Shown here: positions 16,146 through 25,868 of the stretch, in pieces
How positions within the stretch are numbered: the stretch's first letter is position 1
How the letters are laid out: each line of letters begins with the position of its first letter
NCBI GenBank assembly: GCA_963704705.1
Contig: OY969931.1
Coordinates: 870,001 to 902,000, forward strand
DNA: 32,000 nt
Direction: 5' to 3'
DNA from: an uncultured bacterium
GTDB lineage: Bacteria; Patescibacteriota; Gracilibacteria; UBA1369; PNNO01
The notes under the pieces: generated by a model
What the model saw: only the letters and a program-made list of their open reading frames with translations
Told to the model about the DNA's origin: nothing
Database searches by the model: none
Position numbers and translations under genes: made by a program

Positions 16146-18074
16146 ATGGAATATAACGAACCTGATAGATACGATTTGTATCATGAAAAAAAGAAAGGGA
16201 TATTATCAAAGATCCTTAATTTCTTATTTTTCTTAGCATTAATAGCTTTAATTGCCTATGGTATAATGCTTATTCTTGGAGGATGTGAATCAAAAGAAGC
16301 GAATCAGGCTGGCCAAACTGAGCAAACTGATCAAGCAAATCAAGCAAGCAAAGCAGGCCAAATAGATCAAGATAGTGGATTAATTGAAGTAGAAAGCACT
16401 GAAATCACAAACGATCCGTTAACAAGAGTGAATTTTAGAAAAGTAGGAACCGTTGAACCATATAAAAGCGCAACTATAACCTCTCAAACATCAGGTGCAA
16501 TCAGTGATTTCAAATATGAAGAAGGTGATATTGTTAAAAAAGGCGAACAAATAGCATCGATTACTAATTCAGTTGCAACAGAAATAGCTAAAATTAACTA
16601 CGATACAGCTTTAACAAGTTATGAAAACGCTGAAAAATCACTTGATAGTACAAAAAATTCAGTGGATAAAGATATCCAATTGGCTGCAATAGGAGTGCAA
16701 AATGCTCAAATCAATCTTAAAAACACTATTGATTCATACAATAATGCGGTTCGTACCTGGGATGAACAGATAAAATCAGCCATGTTGGGTATTCAGGCTG
16801 CTGAAATCGGTTATTCTGGTTCTCAGGAAAATTATTATAATAGTTTAACTTCAGTAAAAACCAATTTAGAAGGAGCTGTTGATAATTCTTTATCAACAAT
16901 TATTTCCGCTCTTACTTTAATAGAAAATACTGCACAGATTTCTGAAACAGTATTTGAAGACGATAATAATTTATATAATGATTACGATGATTTACTCGAT
17001 GATTATCAAAATGTTAAGGATAACGAGAATATTAATGATGCGATCAGATTAATTGAAAATTTATTAAATTCATTGGAAGACAGTCAGGATGTTTTAATTG
17101 ATATTAAAGACTTCACAGAAGATGCGAGCGTAAGAACAAGCGCTACCGCATTGCTTACTTCAATAGATCAGGTTAGATCAGGTTTGAATATGAGTAAACA
17201 GAGCTTAAATGGTGCTCTGTTAAATTATGATGCACAACCTGAAGGCACGTTTACAGGTATGGAAGCTTCTGGAACGCAGCTTCAGTCAGCAAGAAAAGCA
17301 CTTGATATAGCAAAAGCAAATCAAAAAACACAATTGGATTCATTGGCTAATGCTCTTGAGCTATCACGCAAACAATTAGATTCAGCTATTGCTCAACTTG
17401 AAAATGTTAAAGCAAAAGCTAACCTTCAGACTCTTTCAGCTGAAACTCAACTGGCTCAAATTGAAGGTCAGACTAAAACCGCTGAGGCTAATCTTGAAGG
17501 AACAAAAGTTATATCCCCTATTAACGGCACTTTACTACAAAGATTTGTTGAAGAAGGAAATTATGTAAATCCTTCACAAACAATTGTTAAGGTTGGAGAT
17601 ATGAGCAAAGTATATATAACTGTAAGTTTAACTGCGGAAGAATTGAAATATATAAAACTTGGACAATACGTTAAAATACTTGCTCCTGGTGATGTTGAAA
17701 AAACAGGTAAAATCACAAAAGTTTTGCCAACACTTGATCCAGTGACAAAAAAAGTTCAGGTAAAAATTCTAATTTCCAACAATGAAAATGAATTAATTTC
17801 AGGCATGTTTACTGATGTTTTATTTAGTGATGCTCAAAAAGATTCTGTTGGTGCATTGGTTCCATTTAAAAGTATTATTTTTGAAACCAACAATACTTAT
17901 GTATATGTGATAGAAAATAACAAAGCAGTAAAAAAAGAAGTTAAATTAGGTCAAATTGTTGGTTCTAATATTGAAATAATTGATGGTTTATCACTTGGAG
18001 ATAAAGTTATTACAAATGGAGCAAAATTAATAAATGAGGGAGACCTTGTTAAAGATGTATCCGATAATCAGTAA
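16146..18074 (+). CDS. Efflux RND periplasmic adaptor (membrane fusion protein, HlyD/AcrA family), probable lipoprotein, with an unusually long helical hairpin
   Basis: The lipoyl halves are ATITSQTSGAISDFKYEEGDIVKKGEQIASI and VISPINGTLLQRFVEEGNYVNPSQTIVKVGD. The beta-barrel and membrane-proximal domains include GKITKVLPTLDPVTKKVQVKI and YVYVIENNKAVKKEVKLGQ. A lipobox-like LGGC places the Cys at residue 47. Length is 642 aa. Confidence 0.85.
   Translation: MEYNEPDRYDLYHEKKKGILSKILNFLFFLALIALIAYGIMLILGGCESKEANQAGQTEQTDQANQASKAGQIDQDSGLIEVESTEITNDPLTRVNFRKVGTVEPYKSATITSQTSGAISDFKYEEGDIVKKGEQIASITNSVATEIAKINYDTALTSYENAEKSLDSTKNSVDKDIQLAAIGVQNAQINLKNTIDSYNNAVRTWDEQIKSAMLGIQAAEIGYSGSQENYYNSLTSVKTNLEGAVDNSLSTIISALTLIENTAQISETVFEDDNNLYNDYDDLLDDYQNVKDNENINDAIRLIENLLNSLEDSQDVLIDIKDFTEDASVRTSATALLTSIDQVRSGLNMSKQSLNGALLNYDAQPEGTFTGMEASGTQLQSARKALDIAKANQKTQLDSLANALELSRKQLDSAIAQLENVKAKANLQTLSAETQLAQIEGQTKTAEANLEGTKVISPINGTLLQRFVEEGNYVNPSQTIVKVGDMSKVYITVSLTAEELKYIKLGQYVKILAPGDVEKTGKITKVLPTLDPVTKKVQVKILISNNENELISGMFTDVLFSDAQKDSVGALVPFKSIIFETNNTYVYVIENNKAVKKEVKLGQIVGSNIEIIDGLSLGDKVITNGAKLINEGDLVKDVSDNQ
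16299..16370 (+). repeat. Imperfect 36-nt tandem duplication encoding a Gln/Ala-rich linker
   Basis: The protein reads ANQAGQTEQTDQ / ANQASKAGQIDQ directly after the lipobox Cys. The DNA is CAA/GCA-rich low complexity. Confidence 0.6.
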
Positions 18075-18079
18075 AGGTA

Positions 18080-21000
18080 ATGACGAATTATTCGCAGCAA
18101 GAATTAGATGAAATTAAAAAATCTCCCTGGAATTTTTTTATAAGACATAAAAAAGTTACCTCTTTGATAATTGCTATTATTTTCATATGGGGTATTACTT
18201 CTTTATATAGCATACCAAAAGAACTTGAACCAGAAGTTGACCTGCCTTACGGTTCTATATTTACTGTATATCCCGGAGCAAATCCATTAGATGTTGAAGA
18301 ATTGGTTACAAAAGAAATTGAAACAGCTGTTTCAACTGTAAGCGACATTAAAACATTAAATTCAACTTCTCAGTTTGGAATATCTTCAGTTATTGCAGAA
18401 TTCGAAAGCGGAGTTGATATAGATCAATCTATAAATGATTTAAGAAATGCAGTTGAAAAAGCAAAATCTCAATTACCTGAAGAAGCAAGCGATCCAACGG
18501 TAAGTAGTTTTGAAATAAATTCTATGCCTGTAATTATTTTTTCATTATTAAGTGATTTACCTGAAGATCAATTAAAAACGATTACAGAAGATGTACAGGA
18601 TGAACTTAAAAGTGTCCCTGGTGTTTCTGATGTGAATATTATTGGTGCACGAAATAAAATTATTGAAGTTAATATTAATCAAAGAGCTCTTGAAGAATTT
18701 GGATTAACAATGAATGACATTTCAAATGCACTTAAAAGTGCAAATATCAATTTTCCTATTGGTCAAATTACAAATGATGGAATTAAATATTCAATTAGAA
18801 TGGAGGCTCAGATAGGAAGCGCTTATGATCTTACTCAAATACCAATTAAACAGATTTTTAATCAGGATGGTGAAACCAATTTTATTACTTTACAGGATGT
18901 AGCTGAAGTTAAAGAAACATTACAGGATAAAAGTACAATTGCACGCGTTGGATTACCTGAAAAAGGTACAATCCAAAATGCAATTTCATTGCAGATATAT
19001 AAAAAAGATTCCGCAAACATAGTTGATGTTGCAAAAAAGGCGAAAGATAAACTTGAAGAAATAAAAGGCACTATTCTTCCTGATTCAGTAACTGTTCACA
19101 TTGCCAGTGATAACTCGGAATTTTTAGTTGAAGATTTTCAAACTCTTGGCCAAAACGGAATTGCAACAATCATTTTGATTATGGGATTTCTTTTTGTATT
19201 CCTGGGATTCAAAGAAGGAATAATTGCAGGTTTAAGTATTCCATTTTCAATGTTAATAACTGTTGGGGTTTTATATTTATTAGGCGAAACATTAAATTCT
19301 CTTACTTTGTTTGCGCTTGTATTCGCGCTTGGACTATTAATTGATAATGCGGTAATAATTATTGAAGGTATTTATGAAAATTTGAAATCAGGCAAATTCA
19401 CAACTTATGGAGCAGCTATTATAGGTATTAAAGAATTCAAATGGCCTATCATTGCTGGAACATTAACAACTGTTTTCGCTTTCCTTCCAATGCTTACAAT
19501 TAGCGGTATTACAGGACAATTCATGAGGGTAATTCCGATAACTGTAACAACAATTTTATTAGCTTCTTTATTTGTAAACCTTACAATAACGCCAACATTG
19601 GCAGCAAAATATTTAAAATCGGGAAGAACCAAAAATTTATTTAAAGGACTTCAAAAATGGTATAGCAGTTTTATTTCAGACTTATTGGATTCTAAATTCA
19701 AAAAAACAATTACTTTGGTATTAATGGCTGTAATAATGGTAGTTTCATTTTTGCTGCCAATTACAGGTGTTGTAAAAAGTGAATCTTTTCCTGTTTCTGA
19801 CTTTAAATATTTTTATGTGGATATTGAAACTCCACCTGGTTCAACCCTCGAAGAAACAGAAAAAGTAGTTCAGGAGACTGAAAAAATATTGATGGAAGTT
19901 CCTGAAGTAAAAAGTATTACCACAAGTATTGGTACTAATGCGGGAAGCGCATTTAGATCTATCATTTCTTCTTCACAAAATACTACAAATATAGCATCAA
20001 TAACTGTTAATCTTGTTGAAAAAAAGAATCGTGACAAAGAAAGTTACCAGGTTTCTGAAGACTTAAGACCAAAACTTGAAACAATTCAGGGAGGCACTGT
20101 TTCTATTTACGATCCTCAGGGTGGGCCTCCAACAGGTGCTCCGATTGAAGCTAAAATTAAAGGACCTGATTTAAAAAAACTTGAAGAAATCGCAAATACA
20201 ATTGTTGGTTATTTAAATGAAATAGAGGGAACACAAGATCCCGAAGCCTCAATTGAAAAGGGCGCGGGCGAATTTAACATTACAATTAATAGAAATAAAT
20301 TAAACTACTATGGAATTGCACCAATACAAATTGCTTCATTATTAAGGAGTAGTATTGAAGGAGTTGAAACTACTGAGCTAAGAAAAAATGGTGAAGAAAC
20401 CGATGTGATTTTACAATACGCATTTTCAAATGATGACATAACTATAGATGATCTTAAAAATATATTGGTTATTTCCCCTGTTGCAGGAATGGTTCCGGTC
20501 GGTGAATTAATTGATGTCGAATTTGAAGATAATCTTACAAGTATTTCTCATCTTGATGAAGAAAGAGTTATGTTTGTAACAAGTTATGTAAAAGACAGAA
20601 CAACAATTGAAATTATTGATGATTTAAATAAAAAACTTGAAGAGTCTCCCCTTCCAAAGGGTTACACAATTGAATTTGGTGGTGAATTTGAAGAAGTTAT
20701 GCAGTCATTTGAAGACTTGGGTACAGCTTTATTGGTAGGTTTATTATTGATCGGAATGCTGCTGGTATTGCAATTCAAATCATTCAGACAGCCGTTTATT
20801 ATAATGCTTTCTCTGCCATTTGCATTAACCGGTGTATTTTTTGGATTGGCAATAATGAATATTACAATTTCAATTCCATCGGTTATAGGTATAGTCGGAC
20901 TTGCAGGAGTTGTTGTTAATGATGCAATCGTATTGATAGATCAAATGAATAACAACAGACGAAGAGGTATGGAATTCAAAGAATCAATTGTTGACGGCGC

Positions 21001-21235
21001 AACTTCACGTTTGCAGCCCGTTTTCTTAACAACAGCCACATCAATATTTGGTATTTTACCTTTGGCTTTAACTGATGAAATCTGGGGTAGCCTTGGATTC
21101 GCATTTATATTTGGCCTTACAACACAATTCTTTTTAGTACTACTTTTAGATCCTATTCTCTATTCTATGCTATCCAAAAAAGACCACGGATGGGAAGATC
21201 CTGAAATTCTTCACAAAACAGCTGAAGAGGTATAG
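18080..21235 (+). CDS. Efflux RND transporter permease (AcrB/AcrD/AcrF family)
   Basis: 1051 aa, with two large extracytoplasmic loops and 12 predicted TM segments. The TM4/TM10-type motifs LGLLIDNAVIIIEG and GLAGVVVNDAIVLIDQ are present. It starts 5 nt after the adaptor gene. Confidence 0.9.
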   Translation: MTNYSQQELDEIKKSPWNFFIRHKKVTSLIIAIIFIWGITSLYSIPKELEPEVDLPYGSIFTVYPGANPLDVEELVTKEIETAVSTVSDIKTLNSTSQFGISSVIAEFESGVDIDQSINDLRNAVEKAKSQLPEEASDPTVSSFEINSMPVIIFSLLSDLPEDQLKTITEDVQDELKSVPGVSDVNIIGARNKIIEVNINQRALEEFGLTMNDISNALKSANINFPIGQITNDGIKYSIRMEAQIGSAYDLTQIPIKQIFNQDGETNFITLQDVAEVKETLQDKSTIARVGLPEKGTIQNAISLQIYKKDSANIVDVAKKAKDKLEEIKGTILPDSVTVHIASDNSEFLVEDFQTLGQNGIATIILIMGFLFVFLGFKEGIIAGLSIPFSMLITVGVLYLLGETLNSLTLFALVFALGLLIDNAVIIIEGIYENLKSGKFTTYGAAIIGIKEFKWPIIAGTLTTVFAFLPMLTISGITGQFMRVIPITVTTILLASLFVNLTITPTLAAKYLKSGRTKNLFKGLQKWYSSFISDLLDSKFKKTITLVLMAVIMVVSFLLPITGVVKSESFPVSDFKYFYVDIETPPGSTLEETEKVVQETEKILMEVPEVKSITTSIGTNAGSAFRSIISSSQNTTNIASITVNLVEKKNRDKESYQVSEDLRPKLETIQGGTVSIYDPQGGPPTGAPIEAKIKGPDLKKLEEIANTIVGYLNEIEGTQDPEASIEKGAGEFNITINRNKLNYYGIAPIQIASLLRSSIEGVETTELRKNGEETDVILQYAFSNDDITIDDLKNILVISPVAGMVPVGELIDVEFEDNLTSISHLDEERVMFVTSYVKDRTTIEIIDDLNKKLEESPLPKGYTIEFGGEFEEVMQSFEDLGTALLVGLLLIGMLLVLQFKSFRQPFIIMLSLPFALTGVFFGLAIMNITISIPSVIGIVGLAGVVVNDAIVLIDQMNNNRRRGMEFKESIVDGATSRLQPVFLTTATSIFGILPLALTDEIWGSLGFAFIFGLTTQFFLVLLLDPILYSMLSKKDHGWEDPEILHKTAEEV

Positions 21236-21260
21236 AATTGAAATCCTTTAAAGATTTGTT

Positions 21261-23219
21261 ATGCCTAAATATGCTGAAATTTGTCTTAAAAGAAGAATGC
21301 CGAGTAATCTTCACACTCTTACCTATAGTGTGCCTGACAATTTTAATATAAATGAAGGTAGTTATGTTAATGTTCCTTTAAGAAACAAGTCAGAAGAAGG
21401 AATTGTTTTAAATATTTCTGAAAATAAACCAAAATATCCAACCAAAAATATAAAGGAACTTATTTATGACTACCCGATTTTACAAAATTGGCAGATTGAA
21501 CTTGCAAAATGGATGTCAGAATATTATTTTTCACCTATTCAAAAGTGTCTGAATTTATTTTTACCTCCAAAATTTTACAAATCTGAAGATATAAAAGATA
21601 AAAAATTTAAAAAAATTGAAAAAAAACATAATCTAACTAAAGAACAAAAAAAAGTAATAGATAAAATACTTACAACAAATAAAAAATTCACACTTTTACA
21701 TGGAATAACTGGTTCAGGTAAAACCGAAGTGTATGTTAATTTAGTTGAAGAGTACATTGCGCAGGGCAAACAATGTTTGCTTATTGTACCTGAAATCTCT
21801 TTAACACCTCAGATGGTTGAATATTTTGAAAGAATCTTCGGAGATAATACTGCAATTTTACATAGTCGTTTAACTTTAAAAGAACGCTCACTTGAATGGC
21901 TTAAAATCTTTTTGAATAAAACCCCCATTGTTATTGGGCCAAGATCAGCGATTTTTGCACCTGTAACCAATCCCGGTTTGATAATTTTAGATGAAGAACA
22001 CGAATTTTCTTATAAACAGGATCAATCACCGCGCTATCATACTTTAAAAGTTATTGAAAAAATAACAGAATTAACTGATATTAAAGTTGTTTTGGGTAGC
22101 GCAACTCCTTCAATCGAAACATATTTTAAAGCAACAAACGGCGATTATGAATTAGCTGAACTAAATGAAAGAATCGGGGGCACTGCTTTACCAAATGTAA
22201 AAATAGTCGATCTTAGAGATGAATTTACTAAACAAAACTATTCAATATTAAGTGAAGATTTACAGAAAAAAATAAAAGAAACCCTGGCTTTAAAAAAACA
22301 GGTTATTTTATTTTTAAATAAACGTGGCGCAGCTTCAGCGGTAGTATGCAGAGAATGCGGATATATGGAAAAATGCTCAGCCTGCGATGTTCCAATGACT
22401 TATCATAATTCCCTTCCTGACCAAAACACTTTTAAACCTGTTTTAATTTGCCATCACTGCGGATTAATTAAATCAGTTCCATTAAATTGCCCTGAATGCA
22501 AAGGTGTTTCAATTAAATATGTGGGTTCAGGTACTCAAAAAGTTGAACAGGAGGTTAAAATTATGTTTCCTGATGCACGGATAGCAAGAGTAGATAAAGA
22601 CAGTATATCAAAACGCGGAAGTTTTGATGCGATTTATCAAAAATTATTAAAAGGTGAGATTGATATATTGATCGGCACACAAATGATTGGAAAAGGACTA
22701 CATTTTCCGAATGTTAATTTGGTTGGAGTAATACTTGCTGATATTGGACTGCATTTTCCTGACTTTAGAAGCTCAGAAAGAACTTTTCAGCTACTAACAC
22801 AGGTTGCAGGGCGTGCTGGCAGGGCCCAAACAGAAGGTGAAGTTGTAATTCAGACCTATATGCCTGACAATTACGCTATAAAATATTCAAAAACTCATAA
22901 TTTTAAAGATTTTTATCAATATGAGATTGATCAAAGAAGAGCTTTGAACTATCCCCCGTTCGGGAGTTTAATAAAATTAACTTTTGTTGACGAGAAAGCT
23001 AAAAAATCAATGATCGACGCTAAAAATATTTATGAAAAAATCAAACAAAACGCACCTGAAAGCATTAAAATTAATCTTTATCCGTCTTTAATTTATAAAC
23101 TTCATAATAAATACAGATGGAACGTATTAATTCAGGGTGAAAATCTTACTGAATTAATAAAAAATATCGAATTACCTTCAACTTGCAGGATTGATGTTGA
23201 TCCTATCTCAATAAGTTAG
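21261..23219 (+). CDS. priA: Primosomal protein N' (replication restart helicase PriA)
   Basis: It has Walker A GITGSGKTEVY, IILDEEHEFSYKQ, the Cys cluster CRECGYMEKCSACD...CHHCG...CPECKG, and QVAGRAGR. Confidence 0.9.
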   Translation: MPKYAEICLKRRMPSNLHTLTYSVPDNFNINEGSYVNVPLRNKSEEGIVLNISENKPKYPTKNIKELIYDYPILQNWQIELAKWMSEYYFSPIQKCLNLFLPPKFYKSEDIKDKKFKKIEKKHNLTKEQKKVIDKILTTNKKFTLLHGITGSGKTEVYVNLVEEYIAQGKQCLLIVPEISLTPQMVEYFERIFGDNTAILHSRLTLKERSLEWLKIFLNKTPIVIGPRSAIFAPVTNPGLIILDEEHEFSYKQDQSPRYHTLKVIEKITELTDIKVVLGSATPSIETYFKATNGDYELAELNERIGGTALPNVKIVDLRDEFTKQNYSILSEDLQKKIKETLALKKQVILFLNKRGAASAVVCRECGYMEKCSACDVPMTYHNSLPDQNTFKPVLICHHCGLIKSVPLNCPECKGVSIKYVGSGTQKVEQEVKIMFPDARIARVDKDSISKRGSFDAIYQKLLKGEIDILIGTQMIGKGLHFPNVNLVGVILADIGLHFPDFRSSERTFQLLTQVAGRAGRAQTEGEVVIQTYMPDNYAIKYSKTHNFKDFYQYEIDQRRALNYPPFGSLIKLTFVDEKAKKSMIDAKNIYEKIKQNAPESIKINLYPSLIYKLHNKYRWNVLIQGENLTELIKNIELPSTCRIDVDPISIS

Positions 23220-23254
23220 TATACTCATTCTTAGGATTGATTAATCGAAATCTA

Positions 23255-24235
23255 ATGAAAAGAGTACTTTCCGGTGTTCAGCCAAGCGGAAATCCACATT
23301 TAGGCAATTATTTCGGCGCAATGAAGAATCATATTGAAATGCAGGATAAATATGAATGTTTTATATTTATTGCTGATTATCATGCGCTTACTACAGTGCG
23401 TGACCCTGAAAAAATGAAGGAAATGACTCTTCATTTGGTTTTGGATTATCTTGCGCTTGGACTCGACCCTAAGAAAACCGTATTTTTTAAACAAAGCGAT
23501 GTTTACGAACACGCTCAGCTTAAATGGATACTCGATTGTGTGACACCACATGGATTACTTGAGCGTGCGCATGCTTGGAAAGACGCATTGGCTAAGGGAA
23601 CAAAAGAGCCAACTGCAGGTTTATTCAATTATCCGGTTTTAATGGCTGCTGATATTCTTTTATACCAGCCTGATTTGGTTCCGGTTGGAAAAGATCAGAA
23701 ACAACATGTTGAAATTGCGCGAGATATTGCTATTAAATTCAATAATATATTCGGTGAGGTATTTAAATTGCCTGAACCTTATATTCCTAAAGAAGTTGAG
23801 CTAATAAAAGGCACTGACGGTCAGAAAATGAGTAAAAGTTATGGTAATGTAATTGAGATTTTTGCTGATGAACCTACTTTAAAAAAGCAGGTTATGAGTA
23901 TTGAGACTGATTCAACTCCGTTGGAAGAACCAAAAGACCCATCAAAATGTAATGTTTTCTATTTATATTCTCTTTTTGCTTCAGAAAAAGAAAAAGCTGA
24001 CCTGGCAGCCAAATACAAAGCAGGAGGATTCGGTTTTGGTGATGCCAAAAAGCTATTATTGGCAAAAATAATAGATTATTTTGCTGAAAACCGTAAAAAA
24101 AGAATTGAACTATCATCAAATTTAGATTACATTAATAAAGTATTGGAAGAAGGGGCTAACAAAGCAAGGCAGGAGGCTGAAAAGACAATGGATAAGGTTA
24201 AGAGTGCTATTGGTTATGTGAAAAAATATAATTAA
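23255..24235 (+). CDS. trpS: Tryptophan--tRNA ligase
   Basis: It has MKRVLSGVQPSGNPHLGNYFGA (HIGH-type motif), GKDQKQHVE and QKMSKSYGN (KMSKS). The tracked ORF begins at a TTG at 23237. The ATG at 23255 gives the canonical N-terminus. Confidence 0.9.
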   Translation: MKRVLSGVQPSGNPHLGNYFGAMKNHIEMQDKYECFIFIADYHALTTVRDPEKMKEMTLHLVLDYLALGLDPKKTVFFKQSDVYEHAQLKWILDCVTPHGLLERAHAWKDALAKGTKEPTAGLFNYPVLMAADILLYQPDLVPVGKDQKQHVEIARDIAIKFNNIFGEVFKLPEPYIPKEVELIKGTDGQKMSKSYGNVIEIFADEPTLKKQVMSIETDSTPLEEPKDPSKCNVFYLYSLFASEKEKADLAAKYKAGGFGFGDAKKLLLAKIIDYFAENRKKRIELSSNLDYINKVLEEGANKARQEAEKTMDKVKSAIGYVKKYN

Positions 24236-24239
24236 TATT

Positions 24240-25862
24240 ATGGCAACCAAATACATATTTGTTACAGGAGGTGTATGCAGCTCACTCGGAAAAGGTATAA
24301 CTACCGCATCTATAGGCACCCTCCTAAAAACATCAGGATTTAACGTATTCACACAAAAATTAGACCCTTATATTAACGTTGATCCGGGCACTATGAGCCC
24401 TTTTCAACATGGTGAGGTTTTTGTTACAGATGACGGAGCAGAAACCGACTTAGATTTAGGTCACTATGAAAGATTCATTGATACAAATCTTTCAGCGGAG
24501 TCTTCTGTTTCAACAGGTAAAATATATTCAAAAGTAATTGCTGAAGAACGCAAAGGTACATATTTAGGAGGTACGATTCAAATTATTCCGCATGTTACTG
24601 ATGAAATAAAACGAAGAATCAAAGAAGCAGGCAAAAAAAGCCGAGCTGATATAGTTTTATGCGAAATAGGAGGAACTGTTGGTGATATTGAAGGTCAGCC
24701 TTTTATTGAAGCGTTAAGGCAAATGAGACATGATGTTGGAATTGAAAATACTATGTATGTTCATCTAACACTACTCCCCTATTTAAAGGGTTCTAAAGAG
24801 TTAAAAACAAAACCTACACAGGCTTCTGTACGCGAACTTCGCGGAATGGGTATAATTCCGGATTTTATTGTTGCTCGTGCTGATCAATATATTGCAAAAG
24901 ACTTACTTAAAAAGATTTCAAGGTTCTGTGATGTGCCGAATGATCATGTAATCCCAGGTGAAACAGTAAATTCTATTTATGAAGTGCCAATAAAATATCA
25001 GGAACATAATTTTGCACAGCTAATTGCAAATAAATTAAACTTGGGAAAAGTCAAACCTGATTTAAAAGAATGGAAAAGTGTAGTTGATAAAATACTTAAA
25101 GAAAAACCAGTATTAAAAATAGCACTTGTAGGTAAATATACACATTTGGAAGATGCTTATATAAGTGTAATCGAATCTTTAAAAATAGCTTGCTACCATC
25201 AAAATCGCGAATTGGAATTACACTGGATCGATTCAGAGAAACTTGAAGAGAACGATGAAAAAGCATGGAAAAAATTAAAAGAAGTAGCAGGAATTGTTGT
25301 TCCTGGCGGATTTGGAATAAGAGGAACTGAAGGAAAAATCGCTGCTGCAAAATATTGTCGTGAAAATAAAATACCTTATTTGGGTTTATGTTTAGGAATG
25401 CAGATAATGTCGATTGAATTTGCACGATATGCTTTAAATGATAAATCAATTACTTCAGAAGAATTCGATGAAAAAGGAAAAATAGATAAAGAAAAATACA
25501 TCATTCACTTTTTGCCTGGTCAATCTGCTAAACGCGCTAAAGGAGGGACATTAAGATTAGGCGCTTATCCATGTAAATTAATACCACACACAAAAACAAA
25601 GGCGCTTTACGACAAAAATGTAATTAGTGAAAGACACAGGCACAGATATGAATTTAACAATAAATTCAGAAAGAAGCTTGAAAGCAAAGGATTTGTTATT
25701 TCTGGTATTTATGAGAAAGAAAATCTTGTTGAAATCGTTGAAATTAAAGAGCATCCGTTTATGATCGGTTGTCAATTTCATCCTGAGTTTAAATCAAGGC
25801 CAAACAGACCTCATCCGCTTTTTTATGGATTTATTGAAGCAAGTATCAACACCAGTAAATAA
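24240..25862 (+). CDS. pyrG: CTP synthase
   Basis: Motifs: KYIFVTGGVCSSLGKG, LDPYINVDPGTMSPFQHGEVFVTDDG, GLCLGMQ (GATase Cys), ERHRHRYEFN and CQFHPEF. Length is 540 aa. Confidence 0.95.
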   Translation: MATKYIFVTGGVCSSLGKGITTASIGTLLKTSGFNVFTQKLDPYINVDPGTMSPFQHGEVFVTDDGAETDLDLGHYERFIDTNLSAESSVSTGKIYSKVIAEERKGTYLGGTIQIIPHVTDEIKRRIKEAGKKSRADIVLCEIGGTVGDIEGQPFIEALRQMRHDVGIENTMYVHLTLLPYLKGSKELKTKPTQASVRELRGMGIIPDFIVARADQYIAKDLLKKISRFCDVPNDHVIPGETVNSIYEVPIKYQEHNFAQLIANKLNLGKVKPDLKEWKSVVDKILKEKPVLKIALVGKYTHLEDAYISVIESLKIACYHQNRELELHWIDSEKLEENDEKAWKKLKEVAGIVVPGGFGIRGTEGKIAAAKYCRENKIPYLGLCLGMQIMSIEFARYALNDKSITSEEFDEKGKIDKEKYIIHFLPGQSAKRAKGGTLRLGAYPCKLIPHTKTKALYDKNVISERHRHRYEFNNKFRKKLESKGFVISGIYEKENLVEIVEIKEHPFMIGCQFHPEFKSRPNRPHPLFYGFIEASINTSK

Positions 25863-25868
25863 AATGAT

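Noticed and set aside
18862-19632. Antisense ORFs inside the RND pump gene
   Set aside because: They are nested within conserved AcrB-family sequence and are probably spurious.
21241-21257. A small inverted repeat AAATC-N7-GATTT between the RND pump gene and priA
   Set aside because: It is a 5-bp AT-rich stem with no U-tract, which does not make a credible terminator.
23220-23254. A possible T-box leader upstream of trpS
   Set aside because: The gap after priA is at most 35 nt, far too short for a T-box riboswitch.
21575-25781. Antisense ORFs inside priA, trpS and pyrG (21575..21769, 23300..23551, 23892..24119, 24122..24352, 25096..25449, 25578..25781)
   Set aside because: Each overlaps a well-supported housekeeping gene on the other strand. 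The translations are Leu/Phe/Ile-rich low complexity.
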